From contig JAUCBJ010005828.1 of assembly GCA_032718475.1 (NCBI GenBank), positions 1 through 61,590 on the forward strand: a DNA stretch of 61,590 bases, in the 5' to 3' direction. Below are positions 48,741-60,200 of the stretch, piece after piece (positions within the stretch are counted from its first letter, which is position 1; each line of letters begins with the position of its first letter). The notes below the pieces were generated by a model that did no database searches, was not told the origin of the DNA, and saw only the letters and a program-made list of their open reading frames with translations. Position numbers and translations under genes: made by a program. Source of the DNA: Nemertoderma westbladi. Taxonomy: Eukaryota > Animalia > Xenacoelomorpha.

Positions 48741-50463
48741 CAAGTTGTGTTGCACGTTAGTATTTTTTTCTCAGCTAAATTATAACTTAATTATATTCCT
48801 ACAATTAATTGTAATTTCCAATTCATTACTGGAAGATGGTAAAGATGACATCTTTTCAGAGGGTGATTCTCAAATAATTAAAGGGTTTTTAAGTGGAAAA
48901 CTATTTAGACAAGGGAACTGGTAATCAGTAGATTTCCGCCACCGATAATCCACACCTATCCAGGTTTTTTGAGTGTGTTTGTTTTACAGTTATCTTGGTT
49001 GCAGCTGCACCCATTATTTCGCTGTCCATTCAGTTGGTGCCTCCTGCACTGCAGCTATCAGATTGAAGACAATCACCTCCCAGCAGCTTACATTTCTAAT
49101 CTTGAGGCAATGCAAGTTTCAATGCGGTTTCAGACTGTCTGCCTGAGTTGAAGGCGCGTGGGATAGATTTGTGTCTTCCTGAGTTGTAGGCCAGTAGGAC
49201 AGATTTGTATTCTAATTCTATGAAGGATGTGAGTTCGCCTCTCCTATTGGTTGTCATTATTACCCAAATTTGGACTTAACTACATCTCAAATTTTCCAGA
49301 TATTGAAACTAATTAATATCACTTCACATAATCATCTCCAGCAACAACATGTACGATGTGTCTGTAATGAAAATGGTCATAAAAGTATGCTATAAAATGG
49401 TGATTCCCGTGATATATTGCATTATAAGTTTAAGTTTACAGATATTTTGTTAACAAAATATAGGAAAGCAATGGGTAGGCCTACACTATCTAAATCGTTT
49501 CCAAGGACTTTTTTCAGTGGCAATTACACAAAATCCTCAATCATGCTAACTGGGCCTCATTCGTATTTATGGATGGCAATCATTATTGTCTCTTAAAAAC
49601 CACACAAAACATTTATCTATATAATTATATACACCCATGCAAGATTCAGTGAAAACTGAAGACTATAGTGTCTGAATACTACCTCAAAACCATTGTGCCA
49701 ACAGCACCCAGCAGATACATTAGGCAAGTCTTATTACAAGTCCAGTAATCCAGCACATGTCACGGTGCCAGAATTCTGATACTAGAGGTTGGGTTACACC
49801 GGGAATGTCACTGTTATTGTCATGGTTGTTATTATCATGTTATTGTTATTATTATTTTTATTGAATATATTTCCATCAGAGTGAGTGTTATCTGTGCGCA
49901 GGATAATTTAACGAAATTAAACTATATTGATCTCCCACCTTTATTTTTTTTATTAAGGTAAACATAGATAAGTGCAGCACATCCCGAGTGCAGCCACCTC
50001 CAAACTTCAGGTAAGATGTAAACATTTCGAAGCCGATTGTCTCCAACCATTTATAGTTAGAATGTCGTTCACGATTTTAGCTTTTTTTTAATGCGCTTAC
50101 TCTTTCAAAAAGATACTTTATTCCAGCTGGCGTAACTATATTCGAATTTGATGTGCCTGAATGCAAATTTTTTCTATTATGAAAACGTATTCTGTTCTAT
50201 ACTGCACTCCATACCCTACCAATGAAATAAACAGTAAATTGTTATGTAAAATGCAAATCACACTGTACATGTTTTTATTTAAGCCATTATTGTCAGTACA
50301 GCAGCCAAACCTGTATTCATATGCAAGTCTGATAATATTGTCTTGTCAGTAACTATTATAATTATAATTGTCCGCTCTATTTTACAGGGCGGATTTATTA
50401 AGTTAAATAATACAAACTTTAAAACTAAAACTAAACCGCTTATAATAATATTTCCAAACTTAC

Positions 50464-52048
50464 CACCATAAACAATGTGAAATAGGGAAGCCAACATATG
50501 ATGAAACATCCCATGATGACTCCCAGTTGCTTAACTGCTTTAATTTCCTTATTTAGCGCCACAGACCGAAGGCGATTCAATGTTCTTCCTTTGATACGAC
50601 CTACGGCTGCCTGTGGTGTCCATTTAGTGACCGCATTTGAAAAGGACCTTCGCGACAATTCTATACTGTTTGTAACAGATGTGATTGTTTTGGGTAAATC
50701 GATTAGATTCATTGATTTGACATTTTTTCTCATTTCATTCACTTCGGTTTCACTCGGGTTCCGAGAACACATCTCTGGTTTAACTCCTACATTGCTGCTC
50801 CTATCTTGAATATTAGTTAAACTTAAAGTGATGTCAACGTATTGATTTGCTCTTGGGCATTGATGCAACGACTTATTATCAGATGTTCCTTGGTGACTGA
50901 TCTGGCCTTCTGGCTGCGAACATATTCCAGGGATTTCATCTGATTTTAAATCGGCATTTGATTCTCTGTAAATCGTTTCATCATGTGTTGGAACAGGGTC
51001 TGATTCCCCGTAAATCCCAGAATATCTCGCTGTGTAGTAGGTACAGCTACTAGCGCTGTTACTGCAGACTGAGCCCTGAGGGCTGATCAGTGGTGTCGTG
51101 TAGATGGAATGGCCTGAATGACAGGTTGAGGAAGACGACAATCTAACTATTTGTGATGTAGTTTTTGGAAGGTTAGGTAAACTAGTTTGCAAATACGCGC
51201 TGGTCTCTTCTTCAGCTGGAAGTTTAGCAGCTGATAACGATAAGTTTGTGAATTTATGTAGGTGAATTTCGGAATTATGTGAGGTTAATTTATTTATAAA
51301 TTCCTTATTTGGTAATTCTTGGATGGAAATGTTATCCGACTGTACGATTGGTAAATTCTCAAGGGGCGATTCTACTTGTTGTGGAGTAGATAACAGATGG
51401 CTTCCGGCAACTGGCATGCAATGTCGTGTCAAGTTTTTTCTTCCAGACAACCGGTTTCGGATGAATCTCTTAATAGACCCAGGCCTGTTTTGTTGCCGGG
51501 ATTCGTTGTTAGGTACAATATGGTAGAAACCCTTGTTATCAATATGACGGGCCATAATAACTGAATTATCTGTAATAAATTCATCACTATCACTCGAAAG
51601 TTCGTGATGATATACATGTTCAGCAGGTGTGACCACTATAGTTCCCGCTACAACAACATCCTGAGGAACAGTAGCGTTCCTTGAGACCACTGCTGCCTCC
51701 ATCACCGCTTGGTGCGTTCCACCTCCCCTCTTAAACTTTCTACCAATCTCCATCCTTGAATGTTTTCGTATCTCCCAGTATATTCGACAGTACAATGAAG
51801 TCATTATGACTAAAGGTAACCAGAAGTTAGGCAACGCTGTTGCGACTTTGAATATGACGTCGTCCCGGAAGTCCACATCGCATTCGCCCTCCGGGATCGT
51901 TGATTGGACGCCGCCTTTTATGCTGCTGTAGCCAATCACTGGTACTATCCAAAGACTGGATGTTATCCACACTAAACATATGTATATAGAGGCCCGTTTA
52001 TGAGTTCGTTTACCGAGATAACGCAGAGGTGAAATTATACTCCAGTAC
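50464..52048 (-). CDS. HRH1-like: Large exon (end of DRY through TM4, TM5, ICL3, TM6) of histamine H1-like class A aminergic GPCR
   Basis: gttttcAG acceptor splits the DRY Arg codon; YWSIISPLRYL..RT..RA, LWIVPVIG, C..DF...FKVATALPNFWLP and KAVKQLGVIMGCFIICWLPYFTLFMV; GTAAGT donor at 50463. Confidence 0.93.
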
Positions 52049-52487
52049 CTGAAAACAGTAATAATGTACATTATTAAACGATAATATAAAATAATGCAAT
52101 GTTATAACAGAAAAAGTAGAAGAAAAAAGTCGATATTAAAGATAAAGTACAGGAAATAATCAATTTTTGTCACTAATTTGCATTTGTCTCAATTTACCAA
52201 CAATTCTGTCCGAGCAGGCAAGTTTTTAAAATGCCAACAAAATTCCGAACGATGGCAGAACTCAACAGGAATAAAAAACAATAAATTAATGAAGTTTATT
52301 TAAAACGATAAAATACAGTACATACAATAACTTAGTCTTTCTGTCTATCAACTGTTGTGCTTGTTCAGTTATAGGCCTAATTGCTGCCTATACTGTATAC
52401 TTTGCGACTATCTCCAACGTAATTACTAATCTAGAAAAAATAATGCGAAATCATTAGAATAAACTTCTAGATCTTTGATTGGATAAT

Positions 52488-55400
52488 TAACTATTTACAT
52501 CATTGTGTGTGTGCAAAGTAGCACTTTGCAGCGTTATGCCCGAGTTTATTTATGTACCGAGCGAGCGTAGCGAGGGAGGTTTACATCAATAAACAAGGGT
52601 CTTTAACGCCGAAATTTGAAATTTGGAAATTTGAAAAATTACCTTTGCAAACAATGATGTATGTAATTTTGTTACATTATGTCAACTTATCAGCGTTCGG
52701 TATGTGAAGAAAGGAATTTATGGATGGTCATTTAAACATTTTAATAACGTACTATTTCAAATATAAGTGAAATTTATTAACAGGTCTTATTAACATATTA
52801 ATTATACATTTATATCTAATTAAAGTTTATTGGGCAGTTCCACCCGTCCCCTCATATTCATATTTTTTACTAGCTATTTTTAAGCAGTTTTTTTTACATA
52901 TATTAATGTCCTGCGGTAAAAAAATATATTAATTTTTATGGTAGTTGGTATTTTTTTATCTAGATAGTATTTAAACAAAAATTTACTGCTATTTTACTGC
53001 TATTGTAATTTATTTTTTTTTTCAAAAAATAAACAGCAACAAGTTGCTGCAACTTGTTTCCAAAACTTGATTCTGTTTGTGAGGGAGTCCAGCAACAAGT
53101 TGCTGCAACTTGTTTCTGTCTGTTAGGGGATCCAGCAACAAGTTGCTGCAACTTATTTCCGAAACTTGTTTCTGTGTCTGAGGACCCCAGTAACAGGTAG
53201 CTGGAAGTTATATTCCCAGCAACTTTTTTAAAAACCTTTTTTACATCCAATTTTTATATTAGAGCTAATATTCGATAATTTGAGTGATTTGATATTATAT
53301 ATAAATGACTGGACATGTTAGCTGTTTATTTTGAAATAATTGTTATTTTCTTGAGCAACAAGTTTCTGTGTGTGAGGGGGTCCAGCAACAAGTTGCAGAA
53401 ACAAGTTGCAGAAACAAGTTGCTGAAACAAGTTGCAGCAACAAGTTTCTGTGTGTGAGGGGGTCCAGCAACAAGTTTCTGTGTGTGAGGGGGGCCAGCAA
53501 CAAGTTGCACCAACAATTTGCAGAAACAAGTTGCTTCAACAAGTTTCTGTGTGTGAGGGGGTCCAGCAACAAGTTTCTGTGTGTGAGGGGATCCAGGAAC
53601 AAGTTTCCGTGTGTGAAGGGGTCCAGCAACAAGTTGCTGTATGTGAGGGGGTCCAGCAACAAGTTTCAGAAACAAGTTGCAGCAACAAGTTTCTGTGTGT
53701 GAGGGGGTCCAGCAACAAGTTTCTGTGTGTGAGTGGGTCCAGCAACAAGTTGCAGCAACAAGTTTCTGTGTGTGAGGGGGTCCAGCAACAAGTTGCAGAA
53801 ACAAGTTGCAGCAACAAGTTTCTGTGTGTGAGGGGGTCCAGCAACAAGTTTCTGTGTGTGAGGGGGTCCAGCAACAAGTTGCAGAAACAAGTTTCTGAAA
53901 CAAGTTTCTGAAACAAGTTTCTGAAACAAGTTGCAGAAACAAGTTTCTGTGTGTGAGGGGGTCCAGCAGCAAGTTTCTGTGTGTGAGGGGGTCCAGTAAC
54001 AAGTTGCAGAAACAAGTTGCAGCAACAAGTTTCTGTGTGTGAGGGGGTCCATCAACAAGTTTCTGTGTGTGAAGGGGTCTAGCAACAAGTTGCAGAAATA
54101 AGTTGCAGCAACAAGTTTCTGTGTGTGACGGGGTCCAGCAACAAGTTTATGTGTGTGAGGGGTCCAGCAACAAGTTTCTGTGTGTGAAGGGGTCCAGCAA
54201 CAAGTTGCAGAAATAAGTTGCAGCAACAAGTTTCTGTGTGTGAGGGGGTCCAGCAACAAGTTTCTGTGTGTGAGGGGGTCCAGCAACAAGTTGCAGAAAC
54301 AAGTTGCAGCAACAAGTTTCTGTGTGTGAGGGGGTCCAGCAACAAGTTGCAGAAATAAGTTGCAGCAACAGGTTTCTGTGTGTGAGGGGGTCCAGCAACA
54401 AGTTTCTGTGTGTGAGGGGGTCCAGCAACAAGTTGCAGAAATAAGTTGCAGCAACAAGTTTCTGTGTGTGAGGGGGTCCAGCAACAAGTTTCTGTGTGTG
54501 AGGGGGTCCAGCAACAAGTGGCAGAAACAAGTTGCTCCGTGTGAGGGGAGCCTATAACATATATTTTGCTCTTGTAGCTAGTTTAATCGAAACTTAGCTC
54601 TAATTATGTAATAAATTTTCTGGAATATTATCTTCTATCATAGATAATATGATTCTATCTATTATCTATAATAAATCTATGGTAATAGATTTGTGATTAG
54701 CTAGTATTATTTAATTTGACATTGGTTGTACATTTTCATCAAATATCATATAGGACCCACACTTTTTTTTACATAAAACTTATAATAAATTTATAAGTGG
54801 ATCTTTTAAAGAAAACAAGTTATTTTACAAAAATAATTAAATTGTTTGTCCGCTTTATAATCCGCATTTACTTGAAATGGTTTTTTCCTCGTCCTTAGGA
54901 CACGGGAAAAAATATGCTTTTCTTACATTATGTCAACTTAACAGCGTTCTGGTGAATTACTCGTAACGCTGCAAAGTACTACTTTGCAGTGTTGCGGCCT
55001 ATAGGACGGAAGGCTGCAAAGTAATCAATGTCATGGAAACAACTTCAATTACCGTATTCTAGAATGTATTATTTCCATTTATGTTAATGAGTGCTGCTTT
55101 ATTATCCAGTTTGTAGTTTGTAGTTTGTAGATTTACATACTAGCTACTGTATGTAAATAATTGTTTAACCTGCCCGGTATTCCATTACGGCGAAACGTCC
55201 AATAGAAGACACTTAAAGGAGAAAATGAGCAAAGAAAATGGCGACAGTGTTCAGTAAAACTAAACGGACACAGACGGTGACTAAATTTGCTTCAGTCGAC
55301 TATAGTCAAGATGGATTAATGATTTATCACATCCATGCAGAAGATAATTTCCAATAAACTTTAATTAAATTTATGTATAATTAATACTGTGTACCAGTGT

Positions 55401-55677
55401 ACCTGTTAATTTATTTCACTTATATTCGATATAGTACACGATTAAAATGTATAAATGAGCAACCATAAAATCCTTTCTTCACATACCGAACGCTGATAAG
55501 TTGACATAATGTAACAAAATTACATACATCATTGCTTGCAAAGGTCACTTTTCAGCGTTAAAGACCCTTGATTGTTTATGGAAACCTCCCTCGCTGCGCT
55601 CGCTCGGTACATAAATAAACTCGGGTCATAACGCTGCAAAGTGCTCCTTTGCACACAATGATTGATGTAAATAGTTA
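52488..55677. mobile_element. Non-autonomous 3.2-kb element with about 340-bp TIRs and hairpin termini (Crypton-like, tentative)
   Basis: TAACTATTTACATC... at 52488 mirrors ...GATGTAAATAGTTA at 55677; the inverted match runs about 52488-52833 and 55350-55677; central ccgagcgagcgNagcgaggg motif; no ORF. Confidence 0.8.
53036..54550. repeat. Compound minisatellite of 30-bp and 13-bp modules (main block 53354-54550)
   Basis: agcaacaagtttctgtgtgtgagggggtcc interspersed with agMaacaagttgc. Confidence 0.95.
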
Positions 55678-55811
55678 TTACTATTTATTGACAATGTAAA
55701 TTAATAACTCAAAGAAAAAAAAATGTTACTTTCTCTTTATAAAAAAAATAGTTATTTTCTAAACCGCTAATAATAGCAAAGATAAGCGATGCCGATATCC
55801 GACGGAGGGAG

Positions 55812-56186
55812 TGTTGAAAATAGGGGAAGGTCAAGTCTCAGAAACAATGGATGTGGTAAGAGCGATGTCCCCATCGGAAGAGAAACAAACTGCGCAGGTA
55901 GAAAGAGTGGTGTATCAGTTTCAATTAGCAGTCGACGACTAAGCCAGAGTTGTGTTAGTTAAACAATTGTAATTAATGCCAGCACTTAGTCAAGTACTAG
56001 TGTTATAATAAAGCCAATAAAACAGTTTATAAGTGATAAAGTGTCGTTGTTATCGTGTTAATCATAGTGTAGTGAATCTGCGTCATCTTAATTGGTATCT
56101 GTATCTGAATTCATGGTGTACCTCCCAAGTTATTAAACATTCATGAGGTTATACCCGTTGCATACACCATCTCCCTTAATACAACA
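55812..56186 (+). mobile_element. Probable 3' LTR (BEL/Pao-like) with upstream polypurine tract
   Basis: GGAGGGAG directly before TGTTG...CAACA; tandem AATAAA near 56007-56021. Confidence 0.55.
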
Positions 56187-58005
56187 GCCATTTTTAGCGG
56201 ATTTTTAAATTTTTAGCCTTTCGATACAACAAGCCGTTTAAAACGTCATTTTTAGCAATATTTAGCCACCTCGGTTGGCTTTTATTTTCGTATTTCGAAT
56301 GTAATATAGATTTCATGAGAACCGCCTTCATCTGCAGATTACGAATCTGAAAACCATTTTAAATTTCACCAATATTTTCCAGAGCGATACGGCTAGAGTT
56401 CCGCCCCTACCAGCATTTTAATTTTACAACAAATGTATGTAGTTTACTAGCCATATTACTTTTTCCTGTTTGTGTAAAGAGTTTTAGAATTCTAGAATTT
56501 ATTACATAATTTTTAATTATGTTCAACTAGAACAAGTTATTTTTTTATTCTAGAACTTTTATCGCATTAAAAACGAAATTAAATACAATTTTGTGAGAAA
56601 ATTGTTCATCTTCTTTGTTCATAAGAACATCTTTTTTGGAGGCTGATTCGAATAGAAGACACTTTTACAATATTGGTATTACTGAAAATACAGTTTTAGG
56701 TATGTGCGTCGACATGAACAACACAATTAACCAGGACGCTGTAAATTCACATTTATAGGATTTTTGGCATGCTGATTTCCAACTAACTTTTATCATGGAA
56801 TACTAGTGCTAGCTACAGTTATGAAAATCGCCACTCTCACTGATGTTACACCAATTCTTGATATATTATCATATTGATTTCCCTTGGGCACAACGAGGTT
56901 ATGTACATTAAAGATTGTTTTTATTAGAATTAGGTTGTTTACTAGTCGTGGCTCTAACTTTCACGTGTAGTTGATTTGGTCAGAATATTTTGAGTGGACT
57001 GTCATAGTGAGGATAGTGTCACATTGTAGTCAATGGGTTAGGTTATATTCTATACAGTAGAGGAAATATTCCGAGTCCTGTAGGATGGTTTGGTTAGGTA
57101 GGTTGTCTTGGCTACTGCACGCCGCGCAGTGTAAGGTCATTGACACGGGTTGCAAGTGAATCTGATTTAATGGTATAATGGGAACTTTGAGTTGCTGGGG
57201 AATAATAAAAGCGTATTAAATAATATGCTGAGCCAGGTTACTGTGACCGTATGTAATTCTAACCATAGCAATAAAGTTATTCTAACCAAAACAATAAATG
57301 GAAGTCAAGAATACAGTTTCATTTCTGATGGGAATCAGGTGTTATTTCTGTCGCATTTCCTCCGGAGATGGTTCTATTTTTATTGCGTCATGAATGCCCC
57401 CCCCCCCTCCTCCTATCTGGTTTAAGTATGTCTATTCCGACAGCATGGTTTATAGAAAATATTTGGGGCGATTCTGGTTTATAATATTTTATCGCGTAGG
57501 CCTAATGGTCTGATTTTCCAAAACGAGAACAATCAAGTTTACACTGCTTATTGAAACTAAAACTATCTATAAAGAACGAATGCAAAATTAGCGTGTGAGT
57601 TCCAGAATGTTTTTATCACTATTATTATAAAATCGGACGAGCACAGATTTCAAGATATTGTTTACGTTATATCATGATAATATTTTTAGGTTTTGGGGTT
57701 TCATAGTTTAATAAATAGGACAGGAATTTCGATGTGGCTCACTTGCTTAACAGAGTTAATGGCGCAAAATGACCGTAAACCCAAACTATGTGTTTATTTA
57801 GTGGGTTTAACAATTTAATTAAATTTAAAACATTGGGAAATGAGCTGGTTACAGAGTTGGTGTTTTCTAACCAAAACAATATACTAACTATATACGTAAT
57901 TGTTCATAAAATATCACTTTTTAGCGTTACGGCAAGAGGGATTTTGTTGCCTGAGCGACATCGAGGGCAATAATAACAAGTGGGCCGTAAAAGCTTTTAT
58001 TACAA

Positions 58006-58616
58006 ATTGTAACATTACTCAACGCCGTTAGTATTAACAGCGAGTTGTTATTTAGCACTTTACAACTTTAGAGGGCATTACAGCATTGTATTGGCCTGTA
58101 CATTTAGTATTGTATTTGGTGTTATTGTTTACGTGGTAACCATGACGGCGTTAAGTAATGTCCCCCTAGTGGACATTACTTAACGCCGTCATGGTTACCA
58201 AGTAAACAATAGGTGGAAATTTGCCTGACAGCCAGATAGGCCTACTGCATTACCTACCGGTAGGCGGGGTATAGCTATTAATAAACAGTAGGGCCTAGCT
58301 ATATTATTATAACATGGCTCCAAACGCCGCGATAAATATACTCTAACTTATTTATAACATAATTTATGTCATTTTTACAATTATTTAAACAACAACTAAT
58401 GTAATTTGTGCAGTTTCTATCACTTATAATGTATATGTACAATTATTTCGTAATGTTTAAATCTTGGAATAAAACTACATACATACTTGTTGCAAAGTAC
58501 TTTACAGTGTTCTGATCCTCGGGGCTTTATTTTCACTCACTCACTAACGTTCGTTCGTGTAACAAGGATCATCACACTGCAAAGTGCTACTTTACACACA
58601 AGTATGTAAATAGTTA
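58006..58616. mobile_element. Family B element copy with hairpin terminus and internal perfect hairpin
   Basis: Homologous to 17265-17585 and 17884-17998; ends GTAAATAGTTA. Confidence 0.7.
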
Positions 58617-58781
58617 TAGTGCTAATTATGAACAATGGCGAATCTAATTTTATTTATTTGTGGGGAATTATTTGTAGTTATGCACTTAAACTTTCTAGAA
58701 CAACCTAATAATGACGCGGTGACATACTGGATATACTGGAAATACATATAGGCGAGAATTTGCTACATAGACTCGACTAAT

Positions 58782-59036
58782 CAGATAGGGGGGGGGGGGG
58801 GGGGGGGAACTGGACGCAATAAAAATTCATCCCTCTCCAGGGGAAATTCGACGCAAATAACAGCTGATTACTCTCAAAAATAAAGCTGAAACCTGTTCTA
58901 TTGTGCATAGTTTATTGTTTTGGTTAAAATAACGTGCCACTGTAACCTGCTCCTTTCCCTAAATTGAGAATTTAACATTGAGTCGGGATATTAATTCGCC
59001 AAGGCGGGTTTTGCGTCCAGTTTCCCCCCCTGTCTC
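58782..59036 (+). mobile_element. MITE family A, complete copy
   Basis: TIRs agataG(n)aactggacgcaa and ttgcgtccagtttC7tgtct. Confidence 0.85.
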
Positions 59037-59128
59037 GCGCCACTGTCTGGTTAAATATTATTAAAAGCTAAAAGGAATGATTCCTAAACCTTATGTTCCT
59101 AAACCTTAACCTTAGGTTATCTTTGTAG

Positions 59129-59344
59129 TTCAGACGTCCATCAACCTCCTCATTGGCTGTGGTTCGCCGACGTTCCCTTACTGCTTCCAGAAGGACCTCA
59201 TCCATGGACCAATCACAGCTGCAGGAATACCGCGAGCAGTACCTACTCGATTTCATGCAACTAATGCGCAAGTTTTTCCGACCAGATGTTATCCAGAAAC
59301 GGTTCGAGAGGAAATCTCGAGTGATGGATGCGGAGAGAATGAAG
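59129..59344 (+). CDS. Probable internal coding exon (phase 0-0, 72 codons) of an unidentified plus-strand gene
   Basis: ttatctttgtAG acceptor, AAG-GTCAGT donor, GC-rich island, open: FRRPSTSSLAVVRRRSLTASRRTSSMDQSQLQEYREQYLLDFMQLMRKFFRPDVIQKRFERKSRVMDAERMK. Confidence 0.55.
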
Positions 59345-59634
59345 GTCAGTTGCAATAATTATAGATCTAGTAGAATGATAGGTTTGTAATCAACTATTTT
59401 AATATACAATTTGAGGAAGAAGTTCTAAATAGAATTTCACATGCCAAAGTACGTAAATATTAATAACATAGACGTCTAGACTAAATTTCAGACAACAATA
59501 GTGTAGCTAACAAGTACTGTCTGTATATCGTTGTGTAGGATGTTATTATATTATAATTGCCGAGTCAAACAAAATGTAATTTGTAATATAATTGCGGAGA
59601 ATGTAATTGGTTACCAGATTGTTACCACAGGGGG

Positions 59635-60200
59635 TCAAGCGGACGCCTTCACGTGCTTTCGTCTTCAGTACCAACTTGTGCACAAGCTTGTGCTTTGGCA
59701 GTCCCATGGAGAAAATAAGCATAGTGGTCAGCCCATGACTTTCTTGAAATGCGTCTTAAAGGACACTGGCCTTGAAGATGCGGAAAATCCTGCGAAAGTC
59801 ATGAGGGATACGGAGTTGTGGCGGTGCAACTTTGTCGAGAAGCCGGCATAGCATTATTAATGCACACTGTATTGGAGCATGTCTATTGTGTGTGACGGAA
59901 TTCACTTGAGTTGGCAGTGGTGAATCCTGACCGGTGTGTGGATTGTACGCGTCGCCGCATCCATGGGCTGCTAAGCTGTTGACTGGATATAGGACTGGAC
60001 TGGGTTGGTTATGAGGTGAGATTATTATTGGTAATCTCATATTGCCAACTATATTGGTAAAATGCCACTAATCCCATTTTCGGTGGGTAGTACACGGAAT
60101 TGAATCCGCTTACATTGTGGATTGTATGTTGGTGACAAAAATGTTTTTGTTAAGCCAGCATAGCATCTCAATGTGCAGCTTCAATGCAGCAGGCCGATTA
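59635..60200 (+). mobile_element. RTE 3' fragment with long 3' UTR (same family as 18150-20808)
   Basis: VHKLVLWQSHGENKHSGQPMT...WRCNFVEKPA* matches VHNLVLWQPHGVNKHGGQPMT...WRRNFIDKPA. Confidence 0.85.

Noticed and set aside
48990-49800. Possible GPCR TM7 exon or other exons just downstream of TM6
   Set aside because: No NPxxY-type sequence in the minus-strand segments I translated; the real TM7 exon is at 31617-31396.
50440-52071. ORF-track start (MYIITVF) and end (VSLEILL*) as true GPCR termini
   Set aside because: Both are intron read-through past canonical splice sites at 52049 and 50463.
21276-54550. Tandem arrays as CRISPR loci
   Set aside because: Units are head-to-tail with no unique spacers, there are no cas genes, and the context is eukaryotic.
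53318-54557. Cys-rich ORFs (TCCWTPSHTE, LLLDPLTHRN) as metallothionein- or keratin-associated-like proteins
   Set aside because: They are translations of the 30/13-bp minisatellite inside a TIR element, with frames switching at each 13-bp module.
57000-57355. Possible solo LTR (TGTCA start, several AATAAA)
   Set aside because: No matching inverted end, TSD, PBS or PPT could be identified.
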